Shown piece after piece: positions 1 through 12,660 of a stretch of DNA of 64,000 nucleotides. Source of the DNA: Mobula hypostoma (taxonomy: Eukaryota); contig NC_086119.1 of the NCBI RefSeq assembly GCF_963921235.1, positions 21,266,001 through 21,330,000 on the forward strand, in the 5' to 3' direction. The notes under the pieces are model-generated. The model worked only from the letters and a program-made list of their open reading frames with translations, was not told the origin of the DNA and searched no databases. The translations under genes were made by a program, and so were the position numbers. The stretch's first letter is position 1. Each line of letters begins with the position of its first letter.

Positions 1-563
1 TGTCATGCACAAGGTAATGATTCCGCTGAGCTTCTACAACATGCAAATAAAGTGATGCGATAAAGATCAAACAATCTCTATTCAGTACAATGTATTAATT
101 TAACCATGCACAAAATTATGAATTATAATTTTACCCCTTGCATGTTCAATAAATCCATTCAAAGGAGTAGCCAAAGCAACTTTAATCGGTGCTTTGAAAA
201 TGCATAAGACAAGCAAATGGGGGGGGGGGGGCGCGCAGGGAGAGGGAATGGAGAGCGTAAGTCTCCAGAGGTCAATGAGGATTATAGCTCAGTGGAAAAA
301 AACTCAGCTGTAATTCAATGCAGCAAGTCATCTCTTCCAATGCCGTGACAAATTACATCACTTCATCAGTTCCAACTACTGAAAAGCAATTTCAGTTACT
401 TATTAGATTATCATTCCGTTCTCTCTCCACAAAGCATTGCAGAACCATCTTCCTGCTGTTGGATCTCACTGTTGATCCCATTCTCCTAGTCAGCCAGAGA
501 TGACTTCACATACTAGGACCTGACTTTCTGAATACGCAAATCTCCCAACTATTGATAGTCAGT

Positions 564-917
564 ATGTTCTGTGTTGTATGATGTAGGCAATCGTGGTGTT
601 TCCATGACCATGATCGTTCTTGGCCAACTTTTCCACAGAAGTAGCTTTTTCAGGGCAGTCTCTTTACAGGACAGGTGAACCCAGACATTATCAATAACCT
701 TCAGAGATTATCTGCCTGGCATCAGTGGTCACATAACCAGGTCTTGTGATATGCACCGGCTGCTCATATGACCATCCACCACCTCCCAAGGCTTTACATG
801 ACCCTGATCGGGGTCTAAACTGGTGCTATATTTTGCCCAAGGGTGACCTGCAGGCTAGTGGAGTGAAGGAATGCCTTACACCTCCTTCGGTAGAAACATA
901 TCTGTACCCCGCCACCC
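564..917 (-). mobile_element. Non-autonomous SINE-like retroelement with RTE/Bov-A-like 3' region (family A, copy 1)
   Basis: Colinear with 9878-10245 over ~350 bp with the same 5' end (GGGTGGC on the minus strand). No pol III A/B boxes seen. Confidence 0.7.
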
Positions 918-1403
918 ACGTTCATAGATCACCCATTTGATGAGCTAAGTGATAATATCAGTCTGATCTGCAAGCTTCCTTGAACTTGTTTACAATAGTG
1001 GAATAATTTAGCCATGTTGCCTGGTTGGATGCAGGCCCAATTAACATCTCATTTGCATATGAGAACATTTCACAGTCACTTCACTTTGCAAACCATATCT
1101 CTTAGTCTGTGAGCCAGCCTGTACTTCACAGATAGTGTTTATTTGCAAACGTGTGCTTTTAACTTCAATTTACTGGCTGCAATTTACATTAAGAACTGTA
1201 ATCCAGTTCTTGTTTGAATTAATATCTACTATATTCACATAAATCCATAATACTCCCCATCTCATCCTGGCTACCCTCAGATGGTTCAGCCTGCCTGCCA
1301 AAGCGGTGTACCGGGGTGTGGCACGAGAGTGTACCATCAGGACCAAAGATGACTGAGCTGCCCCAGGAGAGTGAAGGGCACAAACAAGGCTCGGAAGAAT
1401 TCA

Positions 1404-1959
1404 GGTTGGAGGAACAACACCTTATATTCCGTCTGGGTAGCCTCCAACCTGATGGCATAAATATTGACTTCTCTAACTTCCGTTAATGCCCCTCCTCCCC
1501 TTCCTACCCCATCCCTTATTTAGGTATATTTTTTAATATATTTTTAAATTCCCCCCCCCCCTTTTTCTCTCTCTCTTTTTTTCCTCCCTCTGTCCCTCTC
1601 ACTATAACTCCTTGTCTGTTATCCACCCTCTGGGCTCCCCTGCCTTTTCTTGCTCCCCAGGCTTCCCGTCCCATGATCCTCTCCCTTCTCCAACCTGGTA
1701 TCCCTTTTGCCAATCAACTTTCCAGCTCTTAGATCCACTCCTCCCCTCCTGTCTTCTCCTATCATTTCGGATCTCCCCCTCCCCCTCCCACTTTCAAATC
1801 TCTTACTATCTCTTCTTTCAGTTAGACCTGATGAAGGGTCCTGGCCCGAAACGTCGACTGTACTTCTTACTATAGAAGCTGCCTGGCCTGCTGCATTCAC
1901 CAGCGCTTTTTGTGTGTGTGTTGCTTGAACTTCCAGCATCTGCAGATTTCCCCGTGTCA
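1404..1959 (+). mobile_element. Penelope-like element 3' fragment: GIY-YIG endonuclease C-terminus plus pseudo-LTR with hammerhead motif
   Basis: 1403-1486 reads RLEEQHLIFRLGSLQPDGINIDFSNFR*, followed by a pyrimidine-rich tract and the HHR motif. Exact 10-bp TSD GAAGAATTCA at 1394-1403 and 1960-1969. Confidence 0.9.
1823..1860 (+). ncRNA. Minimal type-I hammerhead ribozyme motif (PLE-associated)
   Basis: CTGATGA core, stem II GGG/CCC, GAAACGTC, then GACTG. One mismatch in stem I (TAGAC vs family CAGTC/TAGTC). Confidence 0.8.
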
Positions 1960-2689
1960 GAAGAATTCATGGTCATCCACTGCAAACAAGGAAGACCCCA
2001 GTTGTAATGACTACTCGTTCCACTGTACCCAGACTTCTGAGTTCAAGGAAGTGGAACTGCCCCATTGTAATGGCCTTTCCACTTTAAAAAGCTCTCCTGC
2101 ACAGGTTTGCTGTCATTGTTGGACAGACAATTAATCAGTCATACTAATTAGATTACCAGCCCACGATCAACCCTCCCTCCTCCTCCCTTTTATCTCAAGA
2201 GCTCCTTGCTAGTGTACAATACCGAATACAAATTAGCAGTAACTTCTAGTTGTATGAAAATGTTATACAAAATTAAAATCCAGAATTATATTTCAGTGCT
2301 TGAATTGCTAAAAAGACTCGGGGGCGAGGGGTGGGGGAGTGGGGTAGTGCAGTGCTGAGGTTTGCAGTGGGAGTGGGTTTGGAAGTCACCAGTCCCCTGT
2401 CCAGAAGGTGAACCTTTATCATTTTGTATTGAGAGAAAGGATTCTCTGTTGTACTTTGGGAGGCAGATGATGCTAATCTTGCACCAACCTATCTTCTTGG
2501 GGGTGGGTGTAAAATTCCTCATCAATCTGCATTTATGTTGGCATCAAAGTTCTCAAAAAGGAGAGCTTTCCATAAAATACTCTTTGGTGGAAATGCCTCT
2601 GCATTTCTTGCTCATCTCCAACTGAGCAAAGCAAACTAATCTCCATTAAGACCCAGACTTGCAGAATAAACTCAGTGTCCAGTGAACTC

Positions 2690-2865
2690 CTTCCCCCTCA
2701 CCTATCTCTTGCCAGGTTAATGCCTTCCCCCCTCCACCCACCTTCTTATTCTGGCTTCTTCCCCCTCCTTTCCAGTCCTGTTGGAAGGTCTTGGCCTGAA
2801 AGGTCCCCTCCGTAGATGTAGCCTGAGTTGCTGATTTCCTCCAGCATTTTGTAGGCATTGCTCAG
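2690..2865 (+). mobile_element. Degenerate Penelope-like pseudo-LTR fragment
   Basis: ttccagtcctgttggaaggtcttggcctgaaa ... ttcctccagcattttgt matches the family; the HHR core is decayed. Confidence 0.7.
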
Positions 2866-3100
2866 AGAAAACAAAGTTAATTTCTAACTGATATCTAAAA
2901 CTAAACAAGGTACACGGGCAAGGAAAACAAAAAGGGAGGCTGCGAGAAAGTAGTAGTGGTGACTGGGGTCAGAGTGGGAGGGATGAAAAGGGAGAAGAGA
3001 GGAGTATAAAGACCAGCAGAGATCAGGGAGTGAAAGCCTGTCTTCATCCTATTCTATGCGAATAGATTTTCTGATAAGTGGCAGTAGGGTGGTGATAGGT

Positions 3101-3397
3101 CGTCATGGTAGCATAGTGGTTACCGTGACATTATAACAGTTCGGGGCATTAGAGTTCAGAATTTAGAGTTCAATCCTGGCGTACTTTGTAAGGAGTTTGT
3201 ATGTTCTCCCCTTGACCTTGTGGGTTTCCTCTGGGTGCTCCGGTTTCCTCCCACGTTCCAAAGACATACCAGATAGTAGGTTAATGGGTCATTACAAATT
3301 GTCCCGTGATTTGGCGAGGGTTAAACAGGTGTACTGCTGGGTGGTGCCACTTGGTAAGCTGGAAGGGCCTGTTCCATCCTATATCTCTAAATAAAAT
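3101..3397 (+). mobile_element. tRNA-derived V-SINE (HE1-like)
   Basis: A-box-like ggtagcatagtggtt and B-box-like gttcaatcc. V-domain GTGGGTTTCCTCTGGGTGCTCCGGTTTCCTCCCAC; CR1-like tail gggcctgtt...tctaaataaa. Confidence 0.85.
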
Positions 3398-3638
3398 ATT
3401 CGTGGAGATTCCAAATTTAGCTGAGCAATTGAGCTGATGCTCCACAGGTTGAAGTAAAAGTTAAAAATCCCATAGCGTTAATGATAAATCAGTTGGGTGC
3501 TTTGTTGATATGCAGTCAACATTCCTCTATCCAACACTACCACAGAGAAAAATGACACTGTGGCCTGGCAGTCTATGTACTGTAGATTCCATGAGCCGTG
3601 TGAAACAGAGGGCAAGTATCTGCAGACAATTAAGTAGT

Positions 3639-3960
3639 AGCACACAAAATGTTGGAGGAACTCAGCAGGTCAGGCAGCGTCTATGGTAAACAGTTGTCAT
3701 TTTGGACCAAGACCCTTCGTCAGGACTGGAAGGGGGGGTTGTAAGATGCCAAAATATGAAGGTGGGAGCCCAGGGAGAAGGGTAGCAGGAGGGTGGAAAA
3801 GGTAAAGGGCTGGAGAAGGAGGAATCTGATAGGAGAGGAGAGTGGACCATGGGAGAGAGGGAAGATGGAGGGGCACGAAGAGAAGGTGTTAGGCAGGAGA
3901 GGAGTAAAGGTAAGAGGGCAGAGTGGAGAATTGGAAGAGGGAACGGGACAGGAGGGAAAA
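3639..3960 (-). mobile_element. Penelope-like pseudo-LTR fragment
   Basis: Reverse complement of the family pLTR; HHR motif mutated (CTGACGA ... AAAATGAC). Confidence 0.8.
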
Positions 3961-3989
3961 ATTGAGGCCACTCTGGCAGAGAGGAAAAA

Positions 3990-4315
3990 ACATTGAGTGT
4001 GTGTCGTCAGGCTCCTGTACCTCCTCCTTGATGGCTGCATTGAGAAGAGGACATGTCCTGGGTGATGGGGGTCCTTAATGATGGATGCCCCCTTTTGAAG
4101 GTATCCTCAGCTCTGGGGAGGCTACTATCCATGATGGAGCTGGCTGAGTTTACAACTTTCTGCAGACTTTTACAATCCTGTGCAATGTCCCTCCCCCTCC
4201 ATACCCGACAGTGATGCAACCAGCCAAAATGCTCTTCATGGTACATCTTAAAAATTTGCACGTGTCTCTCATGACTTACCAAGTCTCCTCAAACTCCCAA
4301 TGAAACATAGCCATA
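3990..4315 (-). mobile_element. Rex1/Babar LINE 3' fragment
   Basis: Antisense homologue of 26700-27030; ORF 4007-4282 includes DCKSLQKVVNSASSIM. Confidence 0.75.
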
Positions 4316-5823
4316 GAAGTAATCTCACCAAAGCAAAAGCTGAAAGTATTACTTAGCCCGTTATATACCTCTCCTCCAAAATTAGTATTCTTTAACGTGT
4401 AGCTAAGCCCACCAGATACGCATGACATTTATTCAAATAAGGCAGAGGTGCAGCATCGCAGGTTATTGCAGCCTGGCACGGAAGAAAATGTACCTAACAC
4501 ACCAGGTGTGAATTGTGGTATGTGCTAATCTGCAGCTAAAAGATCGGCGGGGCCAGTGACTGCAGTGGTCTTCACAGCTGCAGATCAGTGCCTGTCTTTT
4601 TCCACCTATGCAATAATACACGCTGTCGCCTGATAAAGTGCTCACTCCCAACATTTTCCTGAATCTGACGGATATGGTTGAAAGAGAACGTTCAGTGATT
4701 TAAAACAGTTGGGGTTTAGGTCCACGGGGAATCCCTGCAACTCTGTGAATGATCAGATGACGGAATTGTCTCCCCTTTTTTTTTATAGACAGAACTGATA
4801 AAATCCACATTGCATAAAGACCTGCTTCATCAAAATTGGCATAAAATTGGATGATGTTAGCATAAACTCAAAATAATTTTGAATTGAGATGAATAAACCT
4901 CTCCAGAGACACTATTCACTTTATTCATTCCGGTGACCAAAGAAAGAGCTTGCAGCCATTCTCTCTCCAGGATTATCTTAATGGCTGAAATCCAATTTTT
5001 TTAAAATCAGTTTTCTATATGCATCACACTACTAAGCCAAGAGGAGTTTTTAAATTGACCCAAACTTTTGTGAAGTTCTTGTGATACATTCAGTTGACTG
5101 TCAGATGGAACAAGCAATGCAAATATTAAAGCTATTCTTATTCAATGTTATTATTTATATTACACATAACCCATCATTATTATCAGGCAAGGCACAGCAT
5201 GGGGTTCTTTATACTTTGGCTTGGAGGGAACAGTGAGTGGTAACCAAGTGAGCCAAGCCAGTTGGAAAATGTTCAGAGCCAGATAAGTGCCTAGCTGGAT
5301 GGTTGCTCACAAGATTGGTGACATAGTGACACTAATTACTTTATGCTAAATTGCTGAGTTAATTGTTTTTGTTTAATTATCAAGATCCTGTGGCTAGTTT
5401 TACAGCTAACATAAATTGCATAAATTGTAATTTGTTTACTTAAGGGATATGCCAGAACTGAATGTTCTGTCAAAGCAAGAGAAAAGTAAATCTAAGGCCA
5501 ATTTCCAAAAACATGGGCATTGATTTGAGGCCAACTACTCTTTCTCAATAATGTAGCTTTAATGTGAACTCATTTGCTTGTGCGGTATCTGAAGTAATTT
5601 CTATTAATTTCCATTTAAAACAATATCTACTGTATATTCATTGTTTAGCCTTTGGTTGTGATCCCTCCTCTGCTCTGGGGCATAAAACTGATTGCCAGAA
5701 AGTATATTATCAGAAAGTAATTTATCATTAAATGAACTCTGCAGTGCATGTGTTAAACTGTGCTTGACTTTATTCTTGTAGTGCAAAGATAGTACAGTGC
5801 AGTTACTAAAATACACAAATCAA

Positions 5824-5941
5824 AGACACAAGAGGCACTGCAGATGCTGGAAAACCTGATGAAGGGTCTCGGCCCGAAACATCAACTATATTCCCACCCA
5901 TAGATGCTGCTCGACTTGCTGAGCTCCTCCAGCACATTGTG
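5824..5941. mobile_element. Short two-armed Penelope-like insertion with hammerhead core
   Basis: About 30 bp of inverted extreme 3' end joined to CCTGATGAAGGGTCTCGGCCCGAAACATC in sense. TSD TACACAAATCAA (5812-5823) / TATACAAATCAA (5942-5953). Confidence 0.8.
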
Positions 5942-6223
5942 TATACAAATCAAGTCTGATGTCTTATATAATTATGTATCCAATATATTCAGAGTTAGAT
6001 CTTCAAATTAATACACATCTCTTGAAGTGGTCACTGTAAATTACAGCAAGACTGTTGATTCCCACATTTAATTATTTCACAAACCCAGAGCAAAGCTGGC
6101 TGTAAATTCCAGGCAATGATTTAGTAAATTTAATCAACCAAACTGAGCTATAACTATACACCATCAAATTAGTTGCTAAGCCAAGAGTAAGAAACGAAGA
6201 TTTCTTCAAGCATTGGAGTTATT

Positions 6224-6391
6224 TTTTATTTAGAGATAGAGCACAGAACAGGCCCTTCCAACCCAATGAGCCACGTTACCCAGCCACCCACCTATTTAAC
6301 ACGACCCTAATCACTGGACAATGTACAATGACCAATTAACCTACTAACCAATATGTCTTTGGACTGTGGGAGCAAACCGGAACACCCAGAG
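6224..6391 (-). mobile_element. V-SINE 3' part
   Basis: tgtctttggactgtgggagcaaaccggaacacccagagg is the reverse complement of the V-domain. Confidence 0.75.
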
Positions 6392-6612
6392 GTTAGTGAA
6401 TCAGTGGAATTTTTTGCCACAGGCAGCTGTGGAGACCAAGTCTTTATGCATATTTAAGGCAGAGTTTGATAGATTCTTGATTGATCAGGGCATGAAGGGA
6501 TAAGGGGAGAAAGCAGGAGATTGGGGCTGAGAGGAAAATTGCATCATTCATGATGAAATGGCGGAGTCGACTCAATGGGCCAAAATGGCCTAATTCTGTT
6601 CCTATATCTATG
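6392..6612 (+). mobile_element. CR1 LINE 3' end
   Basis: gtgaatcagtggaatt...gctgtggag...aatggcctaattctgttcctatatctatgg; matches 45195-45414. Confidence 0.85.
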
Positions 6613-6656
6613 GATCTGGAATTACATACATAATTTAAATTAAAATTAAAAACCAC

Positions 6657-6750
6657 AATGAAGGGTCTCAGCCTGAAACATTGATTGTTTATTCCTCTCC
6701 ACTGATGCTCCCTGACGTGATGAGTTCTTCCAGCATTTTGCGTGTGTTGC
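6657..6750 (+). mobile_element. Penelope-like pseudo-LTR fragment starting within the HHR motif
   Basis: atgaagggtctcagcctgaaacattgattg...ttccagcattttgcgtgtgttgc. Confidence 0.75.
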
Positions 6751-7519
6751 ATTAAAATCATGGAATTTGAATTAAATATTGTTCAATTGTTCACACTTTT
6801 AGAATCAATTTGCAATGGGTTTGGGGGGGTGAACAACATCATATCTGTCAGATAAGCACTTACTGAATATAAATTGTCATTTAGATAATGTCAGGGAAAA
6901 GGGCCATTTAAAAACACAAAATTAGGTTGTTTATTTCTCTTTTTAACACTGCCACTAAATCTATGTCAAAACTTCATACAGAGGCTTTGATCTTCAATTA
7001 AGGACCAGCTTTAAACCTATAGTATCAAGCTGAGTTGAATGATTAACACAACCACTAGTGAAACAAAATAATAACAGAAGGCTATTAAGTCTTGAATCTT
7101 TCCTGCCTTTGAAGGACATCTTGTTTGATGTGTGACCTACCTTCATTTTCCCACCTTGAAACCACATCTCTTAATAACCTTAGCAACAACAACCCGCCAA
7201 CCTCAGGTTTAAAATGATTGACCTAGCCTCTACTGGCAATTGCAGAATACATTTCAGACTTCTATCATCATCTGTATGGAGAAGCGTCCTGCGTTCACTT
7301 AGCTCATGCTAGTCATGAATCCTGGCCCCAATTCAAGCAGTTCTTAGTATGCTGACATTTTCAATCCAATCATCCCTTAACCTTCTTCTGAATAATTTCA
7401 GTTGAATCCATTAATCTTTCCTACAATATTATTCCACAATGAAAATGGCCTTTAAAGAGAAAACAGGTTCTAATTCAGCAAAGGAAGGCACTTTGAACAA
7501 GCCATATTCAGGCACAGAT

Positions 7520-8045
7520 ATACTACTCTACAAAATTCTTAGGCATCCAAAATAATTTCATGCATTGAATAACAAATTAATTTATTGCACTGTACTGCTA
7601 CCCCCCTCCCCAAATAAAAAATCATGACATACGTGAGTGACGATAAATCTGATTCTGATATGGGTCTCTATTGTGGACTGGGAGAGGAAAGGGGACAGGA
7701 AGAGGGGAATCATGGTTGGGAAAAGGGTAAGGGAGAGGGGAGGGAGTGGGAAGCAGCAGAGAAGCATTCTGTAGTGGTCAAGAAACCAAGTGTTTGGAAT
7801 CAAATGACCTGGCCTGGTGTCTCAGGGCTGGGTGTGTCTGCACCCACGCCACCTCCCCCCCCCCAGGCACTCCTTCTCTGCCACCTGTCCCACACCCCTC
7901 CCACACTGCTCCACCCTCGCCATTTCCAACATCCTTTGCTCCCCTCAGATTATCAAACTCACAGTCCATTTAATATTGACAAATGAAGTACAGTGCAAAC
8001 GTCTGAGGCACCCTAACATGATCCTGACTTTGGCACAGTATTGTA
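7520..8045. mobile_element. Probable Tc1/mariner-type non-autonomous element with a captured LINE 3' tail
   Basis: Degenerate inverted ends (tactactctacaaaattcttaggca / cctgactttggcacagtattgta) ending in TA. Contains an internal Rex-type tail gataaatctgattctga. Confidence 0.45.
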
Positions 8046-8304
8046 TGTATGTCACAGTGAATCCTATTTCTGTATGAAGAGAACTTAAATGCAATTCTCC
8101 ATAGGAAACAAAGAGAAATTAATTTAAATAAAATGAACTGCTATTCACCAAGTTAATGTACAGTAAATGGACAATATAGCTCAGTCTTCTTTTGATTAAT
8201 TCCTAAAGTACAAAAACAAATTGAGTTTGACTATCATAACAAAGAGCTGATGTTTAAATTAGGGCAGTCTGCCCTTACAAAGAAGGCATGACAGCAGCTA
8301 TATT

Positions 8305-9298
8305 TCATTAGGAGTCACCAAAGACATTCGCAAATTTCTACAGGTATGCCCTGGAGAGCATTCTAGCTGGCCACATCACTGGGCACACTGCACAGGATCG
8401 ATACAAGCTACAGAAAGCTGTAAGCTCAGTCAGCATCATCTTGGGCACTTGTCTCCCCCAGCATCCAGGACATATTCAAGGAGCGTCGCCTCCAGATGGC
8501 AGCATCCAACATTAAGGACCCCCAACTCCCAGGAGGTGTTCCCTTCTCATTACTACCAACAGGAAGGAGTTACAGGAACCTATGGCATACATTCAATGAT
8601 TCAGAAACATCTTTTTCCCCTCCGCCATCAGTTTTCTGAATGGACATTAAACCCATGAACACTACCTCACTATTTTTAAACTACTTATTTAATTGTATAT
8701 ATACAGTATATGCATACATATAAGCATACAGATACATTACATAAATATTACATATGTAGTGTGTGTATATATGTATATACACATATGTTGAAAATTGAAT
8801 TACAGTATGTGTATGTGTATATATATTTATATATATTATTATTAGACATCCGTTAGTCTCGTGAGACCATGGATTTGTGCCTTGGAAGGTTTCCAGGGCG
8901 CAGGTCTGGGCAAGGTTGTATGGAAGACCGGCAGTTGCCCATGCTGCAAGTCTCCCCTCTCCACTCCACCAATGTTGTCTAAGAGAAGGGCACCAGGGCC
9001 GATACAGCCTGGCACTGCACCGGTGTCGTCGCAGAGCAATGTGTGATTAAGTGCCTTGCTCAAAGACACAACACACTGCCTCAGCTGAGGCTCGAACTAG
9101 CGACCTTCAGATCACTAGACTGACGCCTTAACCACTTGGCCACGTGCCATCACATATTTATATATATATACACACATACATATACACACATATACACATA
9201 CATACTTCTCATTGTAATTCAATTTTTATCATGTATTGCACTGTACTGCTGCTGTATAACAAAATTTCATGACATATTCCAGTGATGATTCTGATTCT
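8305..9298 (+). mobile_element. Rex1/Babar LINE 3' end, interrupted by a TA/CA low-complexity tract and a SINE
   Basis: Homologous to 26730-27323; tail ...gatgattctgattct at ~9285-9298. Confidence 0.75.
8843..9149 (-). mobile_element. tRNA-derived SINE
   Basis: On the minus strand: A box TGGCCAAGTGG, B box GTTCGAGCC, then gtgtctttgagcaaggcacttaa. Head is shared with 15676-15780. Inserted in a TA-rich microsatellite. Confidence 0.85.
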
Positions 9299-9877
9299 TA
9301 GCAATAGTTTGAACATCTGAAGGAACAAGTAAATGGTACAAGCAGACGTTTTGAATCTGCTTAATCCGTTTACTTGTTGAGCCACATGGTAGCTATGAAG
9401 TAATTGAAAAGTGAATCTCTCTCCAGTGGGAAACATTACCATTGACTCGTTTTAAGGGAATATCATACCAGTGGCAAGCATGACCTTCGATGAGCTCTTG
9501 TTATTCAATATTGTGTTATATAATTCCATTTTCATTTGAGTATTCAAACTCTTAAGGCTCCTCCGATCATTCCTCACTTGGGAATTAATTACAGTTGGCA
9601 GAGTTATGAAGAGTAAGTCTCACTGGTTATAAATCTGGATCAAGAATACCATACATTCAGACCATACATTTAGCCTTCATTCCTTCCCATTCCAACCATA
9701 TTGAATTATGTTCCTGAGTAAACTTGAATGAAATTTGAAAATATATTTGGAATTAAATATTCTTCTTTAACTTTAAAGTGCTGGAATGTAATAAATATCC
9801 AAAAATGTATGTCAAGCTAATTGGTCTACATTACTCCAATTTCTCACTCCTTCATTTCCCGTCAATACAGTAGTAGA

Positions 9878-10245
9878 ATCATGTCATATGACATAGGCAA
9901 TCATGGTCTTTCCAGGATCATGGATGTGTATTGACAAATTTTTCTACAAAACTGGTATGCCTTCTTCTTGGCAGTGTCCTTACAAGACCGTTGACCCCAT
10001 TCGTTATCAACACTATTCAGATATTGCTAGCCTGGCATCAGTGGTTGCATAACCAGGACTTGTGATATGCAGCATCTATTCATACGATCATCCACCACCT
10101 GCTCTCATGGCTTCACATGACCCTGATTGTGGGGGGGGTATGGTAAGCAGGTGCTACACCTTGCCCAAGGGTGACCCGCAGGCTAGTAGAGGGAAGGAAT
10201 GCCTTACACCTCCCTTAGTAGAAATGTATCTCCATGCTGCCACCC
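9878..10245 (-). mobile_element. Family A SINE-like retroelement, copy 2
   Basis: Colinear with 564-917; ORFs 746-940 and 10062-10262 are homologous read-throughs of this repeat. Confidence 0.7.
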
Positions 10246-10286
10246 AAATAATAGGATACTAAGTTCAATCTTCCAAGCTAAATAAA

Positions 10287-10759
10287 CGGTTATTAAGATT
10301 CAGTGTGATCCAGAATCTCCAGAGGGGAAGGCCCCGAGTCCTCGGCTTTGCTTGTTGCTCGGCGGCTGGGGGGGGGGGGCGCGGGGGGGGGTAAAAGCGC
10401 TCGGCAGAGATGGTGCTCGGTGCTCGGTGTCAGTGGCTCGAAGTTTTCGGACGGACTCAGAGTCGGCTGTGGTCAGGTGCTTCCAATGCATCGGCAAGTT
10501 TGCGGCGCTTCCGTCTGAGTGAGATGATGGGGTTATTGGGACTTGAGATTTTTTTTTTACCGTGCCCATGGTCTGCTCTTTATCAAATTATGGTATTGCT
10601 TTACACTGTTGTAACTATAGGTTCTAATTATGTGGTTTTGTCAGTTTTTAGTCTTGGTTTGTGCTGTGTTTCTGTGATATCTTTCTGGAAGAACATTGTA
10701 TCATTTTTAATGCATGTATTTCTAAATGACAATAAACGAGGACTGAGCGTCCTCATAAT
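10287..10759 (+). mobile_element. GC-rich non-LTR retroelement 3' portion with terminal stem-loop
   Basis: TSD CTAAATAAA (10278-10286 / 10760-10768). 3' end AATAAA-C-GAGGAC-tgagc-GTCCTC-ataatct recurs at 58324-58407 and 63543-63590. Confidence 0.7.
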
Positions 10760-11389
10760 CTAAATAAAAGACAGAAAAATAATAGTATCTGCAGTATTCT
10801 CATCTGCTTACTTTGAAACCATTAGATAGAAACAATCCAGTCCTTGGGACTTGCATTCCTACAGTCCCACTCTTTCCCTCGCTCATTTTGCTTACGTTAT
10901 TAAGTCCCTGTTCCTAATTCTGTAATGGCTTTTCATAAGTGGTCTTCACCTACCCTAACTTCAGATGCAACCCAAGCATTTTCCATGTCCTTCATACATG
11001 TGACAGTAATAAACCAATACCTTCTGTGACAGAAATCCTTCCTCAGTTCTGTTCTAAAGGGACATCCTTTTATTCTGAAGCTATGCTCTCTCGTCCTAGA
11101 TCCCAAGATCTTTTCTTATGTCAGATACTTCCAATCATTTTGTTGTGTGGTAATTCAGAGATATCCTTAACATTAGAATTAGAATTGGTTGATTTTGTCA
11201 CATGTACCGAGATACAGTGGAAAGCTTGTCTTGCATTCTGTTCATACAGATCAAATCATTACACAATGCATCGAGGTAGAACAAGGCAAAACAATAAAAA
11301 TCCAGAATAAAATGTAAAAGTTACAGAGAAAGTACAGTGCAGGTATTGTAAGTGCAATACAAGGCAGATTGTGAGTTGAAGAGTCTTTC

Positions 11390-12260
11390 AAATGTTTTTA
11401 TTGTGAAGCAACGTCAGCTTAACCACAACCGACAATGTCCTAAAGTACGATACTTTTTTTTCTTTCTTATAACAACATAATGAAAGTCAAATGAATGTAT
11501 GTATAGTAAATAAACAAAAGGCAAAGGAAACCCTACCACCCTGTCACCTTTCCCCTTCCTAGCCCTACCCTCCCTCACCCCTCCCATATGTACTGTTTAG
11601 GCCCTTCCGCCACCTCCCCCCACCCCCCACACTTAGTTCAGCTGTCAGTCTCTTCTAAATACAAGAGCAGTGGTTGCCAGATTTTTTCAAATTCCTTGAG
11701 TCTGTCCTTGATAACGTATCCAATCCTCTCTAGATGCACAGTATCCATTAATGCAGCCAGCCATTGTCTGAGTGATGGAGTTTCCTCCTTTTTCCAGGAC
11801 ATCAGTATGAGTTTCTTTCTATTAAGTATGCCATAGGTCAGGGGTTGTTGCTGGGTAGCCTGGAATTTATTTGACCTCGCAGAAGTTCCAAAAATTATGA
11901 AAATGGGGTCTGGTATTATCTGAACCTTTAGTACCTTCGATAGGACCTCAAATATTTACTTCCAATACTCCTGTATCCTGGGACATAAAACATAACTATG
12001 TAACAAATTTGCCTCCGAGGACTTGCATTTCTCACACATTGGGGACACCTCTGGGACTATTTTATGAATCCCTACTTTTGAGTAATGTAGTCTATGTAGG
12101 ATTTTAAATTGTATTAAACAATGCTTGGCATTGACGGAACAGGAGTTAACATATTACTTCCTCTATCTCTGTACCCAACTTCTTTTCCCACTCTTTTTTA
12201 ATATTATCCATTGTTGTATGATACTTGTTTTGTATGGCATCATACAGACAGGCGATGATG
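11390..12260 (-). mobile_element. L1-clade LINE 3' fragment (ORF2 C-terminal zinc knuckle, disrupted)
   Basis: Minus-strand translation NSCSVNAKHCLIQFKILHRLHYSK...SPMCEKCKSSEANLLHSYVLCPRIQEYW is typical of fish L1 ORF2; it contains stops. Confidence 0.85.
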
Positions 12261-12299
12261 TGAGTTGAAGAGTCCATTTTGTTATATAAGGAAATCATT

Positions 12300-12660
12300 T
12301 AATAGTCATAAAAGCAGGGTAGAAGCTGTCCTTGAGCCTGGTGGAACATGCTTTCAGGCTTTTGCACTCTCTGCCTATGGGAGAAGGGAGAAAAGAGGTC
12401 CAGGGTGGGTGCTTTTGTATCTTCTGCCAGAAGGGAGAGGAGAGAAGCGTGAATGTCCAGAGTGAGCATAGTCTTCAAGTAAGCTCGCTACTTTACTGAG
12501 GGAGCGAGAACTTAGACAGTGTCCATGGAGGGGAGGCTGGTCCCTGTGGTGTGCTGAGCTGTGTCCACAGCTCTGCAGTTTCCTGCGGTCACGTGCAGAG
12601 CAGTTATCGTACCAAGCAAATATGCATCCAGACTGGACGCGTGCTAAGGTGCATCTACCC
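12300..12660 (-). mobile_element. Rex1/Babar-type LINE 3' fragment
   Basis: gaagctgtccttgagcctggtgg...ctttcaggcttttg is the antisense of the R..SFFP terminal region. Confidence 0.6.

Noticed and set aside
840-917. HDV-like ribozyme at the family A 5' end
   Set aside because: A 7-bp P1-like pairing exists, but P3/L3 and J4/2 could not be placed.
4463-4654. ORF containing GDSVYYC, resembling an Ig V-domain motif
   Set aside because: Spacing differs from D-x3-Y-x-C, and I found no upstream Cys/Trp framework or RSS.
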